A program made the position numbers and the translations under genes. A stretch of 64,000 bases of DNA, taken from assembly GCA_951406725.2 (NCBI GenBank), contig OX597841.1, positions 12,710,001 to 12,774,000 of the forward strand, given 5' to 3'. This DNA is from Octopus vulgaris. Its lineage: Eukaryota. Shown here one piece after another: positions 55,863 to 64,000 of the stretch; within the stretch, counting starts at the first letter, position 1, and each line of letters starts with the position of its first letter. The notes below the pieces were generated by a model. That model saw only the letters and a list, made by a program, of their open reading frames with translations, had not been told where the DNA came from and did not search any database.

Positions 55863-56798
55863 ATTACCGGATCCATTCTTGTTGCTTATTATTTTTTTCA
55901 TTATAATCACCCCGCAAATTTTTATGGATAACACCATACAAAATTCTGGTGCATCTAAATTAAGTACCATATTCATTTGAATCTAAATTGTTGCTGAACT
56001 TATATATATATATATATATGTATACGTATATGTATATATATATATATGTATATCAATAGTTGTGTGTGCGTGTTTGTTTGTGCCTGTGTGTGTGTATGTG
56101 TGTGCGTGTTTGTGTATGTGTGTGTGTGTGTCTGTGTGTGTGTGTATCTGTGTGTGTGTGTCTGTGTCCATATTTACATATACATTCACTGCACACACAC
56201 ACACACACACAAAGCTACAGAGAAAGAGGCGTGGCAAGGCATTAACTGTGTCTGAAAACAACAAGTGCCTGACCTAAAGTTCTCTCTTGGAAGTTTTGTG
56301 AGTGAGTGAGGCAGGGGGGGGGGGGGGCATAAACAGTCCCCAGGTTCCGCTCCACCACCACCACCACCCTCAATTCACTCACCCCCACAGCAGGTGCTTT
56401 GACTGTGAAGCCTAGGGTGCACAGACAAGACACCCTGTCTCCAGAGTGAGGCAGATAACTTTGCTGCAGGGTGGGGGTGGGGTGGAATTGTGGTGAGCTG
56501 GTTGATGGTTTTACCAAACACTCAGACACACAAACCACACCACCCCACCCCCCACCATCCCCAACACTCTCTGTCCTTCCCTGATCTCCCCCACCCATCA
56601 GCCCACTGTCTCTCAAACTGATTGACATATAACTTCTATCTTGAGAAGCAAACCCTCACTCACTTTTCACCTCTGTTTCTGTAAGATACGCCCAGCGTAA
56701 CATATATGTGTGTGTGTGTGTCTGTGTATATATACATATATATATATGTATGTATTTACTTTATTATAGACATGCATATATCTATCTATCTATCTATC

Positions 56799-56833
<35 letters not shown>

Positions 56834-56901
56834 ACCGCGTGTGTACTGTTGGCGATTTTTTTTCCCCTGTCTTCCCTTCTCTGGATCTTTCCTTCTCCTA
56901 T

Positions 56902-56936
56902 GTTTCCGACGAAGAGCTCCGCTCGAAACGTTAAAC
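56902..56936 (+). ncRNA. Hammerhead motif, U4C variant of 3375-3409
   Basis: GTTT-CCGACGA-A-GAGCTCCGCTC-GAAACGTT-AAAC, within a ~310-bp copy (56829-57136) of element 3302-3612. Confidence 0.72.
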
Positions 56937-57030
56937 CCTCCTTCTTTCCTTCTTTCCTGAGCGTCCAATAATACTATATTTGTTCCACGTCCTCGCGTTG
57001 TTGTGTTTTTTTGTGCTTTCTTGTTTGGAT

Positions 57031-57082
<52 letters not shown>

Positions 57083-57754
57083 CATACAGGTTTTGGTGAT
57101 GCACACAGGAAATATAGCCCTCAGAACATGAGTAGATATTCTGTTTTTCTTTTACTTCTTTCAGTCACATGACTGCAGCCATGCTGGAGCACCCCCTTAT
57201 ATTTTCAAACAGATTATGTGTTGTATAGCCAGCTGGAGGCTAAATAACAGTAACAATCATCCTAACCAGGACTGCCACATTATGTTGGCAAATAATCTTT
57301 ACTCTAGAGTACTGTTACTGAATAATAATTTTCCCATTAACCCCAGTGTACAACTGGTACTAATTTTATCGATCCCCACCAAAAAGATGAAAGGAAAAGT
57401 CAACCTCAGCAAAATTTGAACTCAGAACATGAAACCAGATGAAATTCCATTCAACTTTTTGCCCAGTCGGCTGACAGCTCTGCCGGTTCACTGCTTCCTT
57501 CGTTTCAAACTTTGGCACAAAGCCAGCAATTTCAAGGGAGCAGCTAAGCCGATTGTATCAAGACCAGAGTTCAGGCAGTACAACCCTGAAAGGATGAGTT
57601 TGAACTCAAGAACGTGAAGACGGACGGAATGCTGACGCAAAGCAGCATTTTACCTGGCATCTTAACGATTCTTGCAGATTTACCACCTTGCTTCTGCTAA
57701 ACATTAATAAAAAACAATCTATATATATATATAAATACGAATATTTACATATAT

Positions 57755-58065
57755 ATCATCACCATTGTCGTCATCATCACTATCATCATCATCATCATCG
57801 CTATCTTCATCATCATCATCACCATTGTCATCATCATCGCTATCTTCATCATCATCCTCATCATCATCATCATCACCATTGTCGTCGTCGTCATCATCAT
57901 CATAGCTATCTTCATCATCATCATCATCATCATCATCCTCATCATCATCGTCATCATCATCATCATCATCACCATCATCGCTATCTTCATCATCAGCCTC
58001 ATCATCATCATCAGCATCGTCATCATCATCATCATCACCATTGTCGTCGTCATCATCATCATCAT
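57755..58065. repeat. Compound (CAT)n tract with higher-order CGCTATCTT / CACCATTGTC interruptions
   Basis: Direct reading. Confidence 0.9.
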
Positions 58066-58670
58066 GTATGCATAAGATGGGCTCTTTTCCTTCTGAGCTG
58101 AAAAATCCCCTCTGGACTCGACTTTGCTTCCCATCCTTTTGAGGGTTGAGGAAATATTTACTATTTGAGATTTGGGGGTTGACGTAATCAGTTTTCTGCC
58201 TCTCCTCAAAATTGCTTCCCATGGCCTGAAATCAGAAGCCATTAATATGATCCTCATCATCATTATTATCGCTATTATTATTATTATGATTATTATCATT
58301 GTTATTATTATTATTGTTGTTGTTATTATTAAGGTGGCAAGCTGGCAGAATCGTTAGCACACTGGACAAAACACTTAGCATCATTTCCTCTGTCTTTACA
58401 TTCTGAGTTCAAATTCTACCAAGGTCGACTTTGCCTTTTATCCTTCTAGGGTCAATTAAATAAGGACCAGCTGAGGTTGCCTTTACCTTTCATCCTTTCA
58501 AGATCGATAAAATATGTAACAGTTGAGCACTGAGGGATGGGGGGGGGGGGTGCAGTGATGTAATCATCTTACCAGTTCCTCAAAATTGCTGGCCTTGTGC
58601 TGAATTTTGAAATTATCATTGTTGTTGTTGTTGTTATGTATTCATTTATTGATTTATTTGTTACTTCCAG

Positions 58671-58992
58671 GTGTTATTTGCCCTGAACCAAACTCTGCGT
58701 CAACATGAGACTTACCGCAAGAACAAGGTCGCCATGCCCTACACCACTGACCACTTGGTGCAGCAGTATAACTGCGGTGACCTCAACTCCATCATATTCA
58801 ACCAGGACACGTCACAGTTCCCCAGCCTGGTCAATGCATCATTGCCTCCGCATGAGCTGCAAACAGCCAAGACCATCGACAGCTACTTCCGCAATGAGCT
58901 CATACACAAACGGAACGAGAGGATGGCCACACGGGTGGTCGATTTAATACAGACGCACCCGAAACAGAGTTTCTTCTTTGCCTTTGGTGCAG
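58671..58992 (+). CDS. TRABD2: TIKI/TraB-domain metalloprotease, next coding exon (322 nt, phase 0/1)
   Basis: ttacttccAG acceptor ending 58670; [13 protein letters not shown]...[21 protein letters not shown]...[21 protein letters not shown]...SFFFAFGAG continues in frame from ...NFSQ of the previous exon; donor GCAG|GTAAG at 58993. The His of the GAGH motif would be on the next exon, which I could not find before 64000. Confidence 0.96.
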
Positions 58993-59901
58993 GTAAGGTT
59001 TTTGAAGTTTTCTACTGACTGTGGCACCCCCTACCATACCTGTTGTCTACCCTTATTCGCACTGGGGACATTTTGTTACACAACACCAACCATGCACCAC
59101 TCTCTATGGCTTTATCACTTCCATCCCTCTCTCTGTCTTCCTCTCTTTTCCCCCTTTTTCTCTTTGTATCACTCTTATTGCTGTCCCCTTTGTACCAGTA
59201 ATTCAAAGCATTCCAACTTACACACACACACACACACACACACTCAAAGTTATACATTGATGCATGTTCACACACATGTTCAAGCACACACGCAAATATG
59301 CAAACACATACACACACTCACATGCATACATAGTCACACACTCCTGCACACTCATACCAACACACACACGCACAAACACACACAAACACTCCAACAAACA
59401 AACTCACAGTCACCCACTCACACATGCTCATGCACACACATACAAATACACAGACATATAACAAACACACACACTCACACACACACACAAACACACACAC
59501 ACACACCCACACACACACTGTAAGTCATTGACTCTGTCTGAGAATTTCATTAAAGGCACACCTTTGTCTGAGGAATACTCAGACAAAAGGTGTGCCTTTA
59601 ATGAAATGTACACAAGATAAAATGTATTTGTAACTGACAGCTGCAATCCATTCCTGATAAAGCCCGAGATAATTTAAAAGAAGAAACAGTACCAGTGTCT
59701 ATGGAATACTCAACCAATTAGAAATTAATATCAAAAATATTTAGTTATCTGATTGTGAGACTAGATTCCTCCACAAAACTAACAGCTGGCAAGATGGGAT
59801 AAATGGATGGTTGACAGGAAACCAAAGGTACCGGAACTTCGAATGTGACAGACACTGAGGAGCACTCAGCCCTTGCTAAAGAAGTCTTTCTTGTGGTTGG
59901 G

Positions 59902-60330
59902 TTCAGACATAAATGTATCTAGGACTACATTATCTAATGTGACTATACATGCTGTTGGTGTTTAGCCCTAGGTCAGTTCTGATCCAATGGACCTATGATG
60001 AAAGATTTTTCAGTCATGATCATTTCATCCTTTATTCAGACATAAATGTATCTAGGACTACATTATCTAATGTGACTTTACTTCTTGTTGCTGTTTAGCC
60101 CCAGGTCAGTCCTAATTCAGCAGACCTATGATCAAAGATGTTCCAGCTGTTTCCATCCCATCTTTGATTCAGGCATAGTGTATCTAGGACTACATTATCT
60201 TATGTGTCCTTGCCTGTTTAGCCCCAGGTCAGTCTTGATCCAACAGACCTATGATCAACGATGTCCCTGTCATGATGATTCCATATTTTATTCAGATACA
60301 ATCTACCTAGGACAACATCACTAAATGTGC
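59902..60330 (+). repeat. Degenerate ~130-bp tandem repeat (3.3 units)
   Basis: TTCAG..TGTATCTAGGACTACATTATCT..TGTTTAGCCCCAGGTCAG..GACCTATGATCAA recurs at ~59902, 60036, 60168, 60292. Confidence 0.8.
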
Positions 60331-60612
60331 TCTCCATAACACAGTTTTTGGCTGCTATTTCTAGCAAATCCAGCATCCATGCAGCCTCCTCGATTAATCA
60401 TTCAAAAGAGTTTTAATCTAATTTTGTTTTTGTTTTGAAATGTTAAAAGGTCAGACCAGTCGATAGTAGCTCGTTAGTTATAGCTACACTGATGGATCAA
60501 TCCTGGTTGAGGTCAGTGTGGTATATTTAGGGGTCAGCACAGATTTGGGTGGGTGTTTTTTCCATCTTAACAACATTATAGTAAATTTTATTTTACATCA
60601 GAAAGTCAGTTT

Positions 60613-60656
<44 letters not shown>

Positions 60657-60725
60657 GTGTGTGTGTGTGTGTGTGTGTGCATGTATGTATGTATGCATGA
60701 GTGTGTGTGTTAATGTATGTGTGAG

Positions 60726-60759
<34 letters not shown>

Positions 60760-60958
60760 TGTATGAGCGTGTGTGTTAATGTATGTGCGAGTATATGTAT
60801 GTATGTATGAGTGTGTGTTAATGTATGTGTGTGTATGTGTGTATGTATGCATGTATGTATGTATTAGTGAGTGCGTTAATGTATGTGTGTGAGTAAGTAT
60901 GTATGTATGCATTTTCTATGCATGTATATATACATGTATATATGTATATATCTATACA

Positions 60959-61006
<48 letters not shown>

Positions 61007-61468
61007 TACATATGAATGTATGCATTTCTATAAATGTGTGTGTGTGTGTGTGTGAATGTTGTGTGTCTGCCTGGGGTCATTGATCAGGCAATAAAGAATC
61101 CAGATGAATCGATGATCAAACAGAGCATGGGGATGGGTGCGTTCCTGGTGGTGGGGAGGACGGTGGTGGTAGCAATGGACAATGGTGATGATGACTATGA
61201 TGATGACTATGATGGTGATGATGACGATGATGATGATGATGCTGGTGATTGTATACATAGACATGAAGACAGAAATATATCACAACAGTGGGTGAGACGA
61301 TGGTTGTGGTGGCGGAAGGCCTGGGCTGAGTTATTTAGGTCTTGATCTTCTAGTGGTAGTAGTAGTAGTAGTAGTAGCAGCAGCAGCAGCAGCCACAGCC
61401 CTGTTGGTTTTGGTGGTAGCAGTGCTATTATCATCATCATCATCATCATCATTATCATAATTATTATT

Positions 61469-61503
<35 letters not shown>

Positions 61504-61719
61504 TATTGGTGAGCTGGCAGGATTGTTAGCACACTGGCCAAAATGCTTCATGATATTTCATTCATCCTTATGTTCTGAGTTCAAATTCCACTGAGGTTGA
61601 CTTTGCCTTTCATCCTTTTAGGGGTCAATGAATTAAGTACCAGTGAAACTCTAGGGTTGATGTAATTGACTTAATCCCTTCCTCCAAAAGTCTGCCCGTG
61701 AGACAAAATTTGAAACCAT

Positions 61720-61766
<47 letters not shown>

Positions 61767-63088
61767 TTATTACTACTGCTACTACTACTACCAAAGGTGG
61801 CAAGCTGGCATGATTATTAGCACACTGGATGAAATGCTCAGTGGCAGTTTGTCTGCTGCTACATTCTGGTAAAAATAAATTTCATGTCCATGATTACCAT
61901 GCAAAACTACATTAATACAACAAATATGAAATCAATTGGAATAAAATTGAAGAAATTGAGAAGTAGCAGCCAAACAGAACATTGACTGTTATTTTCAGCA
62001 AATTGAATGGCCATAAAGCAATTCCCATGTTGTTGCTGTTTAGCTACAGGTACTCTATTACCCGGGTACTGATACACATATATACAGACACTTAGACACA
62101 CACATACACGTATACACAGAAGCATAGAAAGAGAGAGAGGTAGGTGGGTGGGTGTGAAGGAAATAAACAGACAGATAGAGGCAGTTCCCCCCTCTTGCTG
62201 GGGGTAAGGTTGAAAGGGGCGGGTGGGGGTGGGGTGGCGAGGAGGAAGTCCCTATCACTTCCCTGTAATTCCCTCACCAGAGATTCAAAGTACAATAGAA
62301 GGGGGTGCGGGGGGGGGAGGTTCGGGGGTGCAGGGGGGTGAGAAAGAAAAACCTTTTTATCAAACACATGGCCTTCACAGGACCCATTAGAGGATCCCTT
62401 ACATCTCTCTGGGTATGGGCAGGGTTGTGGGTGCGGTGGGGGGGGAGGGTAGTGCATGGGTATGGTGAGGCTGGGTAGGTGGGGGGGACCCTTCCTTTCT
62501 CTTGGGTGAAGAATGAGGCAGGTGGTGAACCCCTTCACTTTTTCTTTCTCTCTCTCTCTGTCACTCTCTACCTCTCACTGTCTCTCTCTTCCTATCTCTC
62601 CCCTCTGTTTCTCCTCCACCTCTCTCCCTTCCTCCCTCTCTCTCTCTCTCTCTTTGTCTCTCTTCCTTTCTTCCTCTTCCTCCTCTCTCTCTCCCCCCCC
62701 TTCCTCTCTCTTGGTATTGTTATCATGTCCTAGATGTGTGTGTGTGTTTAGGTTATGTGCATTTGTGTTTCATATGTGTGTGTATGTGTCAGTATGTATG
62801 TATATATAGACATGGGAGTGCATATACATGTGTGTGTGTGTGTGTGTGTGTAGCATCTTGTGATTGTCATCTGACCATTATTCCAAACTGAACCTACTGA
62901 CTCTGTTACCATGGATATAAGTGTGTGTGTGTGTGTGTGTGTGTATGGGTGAACATATGTGGAAGAGTTTTTCAGCTTTTAATGTGTGTGCACACATATA
63001 TATATATGTGTGCGTGTATCTATGTATACCAATATCAATATCTATCCATCTCTCTCTCTCTCTATATATATATATACCTATATACGTT

Positions 63089-63139
<51 letters not shown>

Positions 63140-63440
63140 ATCTATCTGTTTGTTCATCTATCTATCTATATACCTATATATATATATATATATATTATAT
63201 CTATATGTATGAATATCTTATACATACATGCATATGTGTGCATGTGTGTGTGTATATATGTAGATATATATTTCTATTTATATATAAAGTATGCTCACAC
63301 ATAATTGGGTTGAAACAGAAACCTGCTGTGGTTAATTGGTTGGTTGAGCGGTGGTTGGTATGGGAGGATTTGAAATACCAGCTAATACTTAACATAAATC
63401 CGAAGAGGGCGCTGGTTGCTTCTCTGGCCAAAGATTGTAT

Positions 63441-64000
63441 TGTGTTACACAGTGTGACATAGAAAATATTGATTGGTTGAGTGTCATGTTACACAGTGTG
63501 ACATAGAAAATATTGATTGGTTGAGTGTCATGTTACACAGTGTGACATAGAAAATATTGATTGGTTGAGTGACGTGTTACACAGTGTGACATAGAAAATA
63601 TTGATTGGTTGAGTGTTGTGTTACACAGTGTGACATAGAAAATATTGATTGGTTGAGTGACGTGTTACACAGTGTGACATAGAAAATATTGATTGGTTGA
63701 GTGACGTGTTACACAGTGTGACATAGAAAATATTGATTGGTTGAGTGACGTGTGACACAGAAAATATTGATTGGTTGAGTGACGTGTTACACAGTGTGAC
63801 ATAGAAAATATTGATTGGTTGAGTGTCGTGTTACACAGTGTGACATAGAAAATTTTGATGGTTGAGTGTTGTGTTACACAGTGTGACAGAAAATTTTGAT
63901 GGTTGAGTGTTGTGTTACACAGTGTGACAGAAAATATTGATTGGTTGAGTGACGTGTTACACAGTGTGACATAGAAAATATTGATTGGTTGAGTGTTGTG
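63441..64000 (+). repeat. 44-bp minisatellite (~13 units, runs off window end)
   Basis: Unit TGTTACACAGTGTGACATAGAAAATATTGATTGGTTGAGTGTCA at 63443, 63487, 63531... Confidence 0.95.

Noticed and set aside
57688-58299. Poly-His / poly-Asp / poly-Met ORFs (also Gly/Ser-rich 36500-37072)
   Set aside because: Trinucleotide repeat tracts open in several frames; no splice or homology support.
59060-59090. GHF-encoding sequence as the next TIKI exon
   Set aside because: Not preceded by an AG acceptor, and downstream residues do not resemble TIKI.
63441-64000. Possible CRISPR array
   Set aside because: Contiguous tandem units without unique spacers, eukaryotic context, no cas genes.

Overview
AT-rich, microsatellite-saturated eukaryotic genomic DNA. 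The SINE/LINE repertoire and (TA)n/(CA)n density suggest an octopus/coleoid cephalopod (inference). The only host gene evidence is two + strand coding exons of a TIKI/TRABD2 metalloprotease (Wnt inactivator): 14750-15310 and 58671-58992, separated by a ~43.4 kb GT-AG intron; the first and last exons lie outside the window. The rest is intron filled with tRNA-derived SINEs, 3' fragments of RTE, R4/Dong and CR1 LINEs, a non-autonomous Helitron, piggyBac/Tc1-mariner/hAT-type MITEs and a 44-bp tandem array. The most notable unexplained signal is about 13 full-length (plus several half) minimal type-I hammerhead-ribozyme motifs of the Penelope-like-element style. They belong to about 9 unrelated sequence families, mostly sit next to (TA)n tracts and are often arranged head-to-head as long hairpins. 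Several are intact on the pre-mRNA sense strand, and three unrelated families carry the same CUGA->CCGA core variant. A second structured-RNA candidate is a tandemly repeated compact H-type pseudoknot in the RTE 3' UTR. All motif calls were made by eye; no folding or database search was run.
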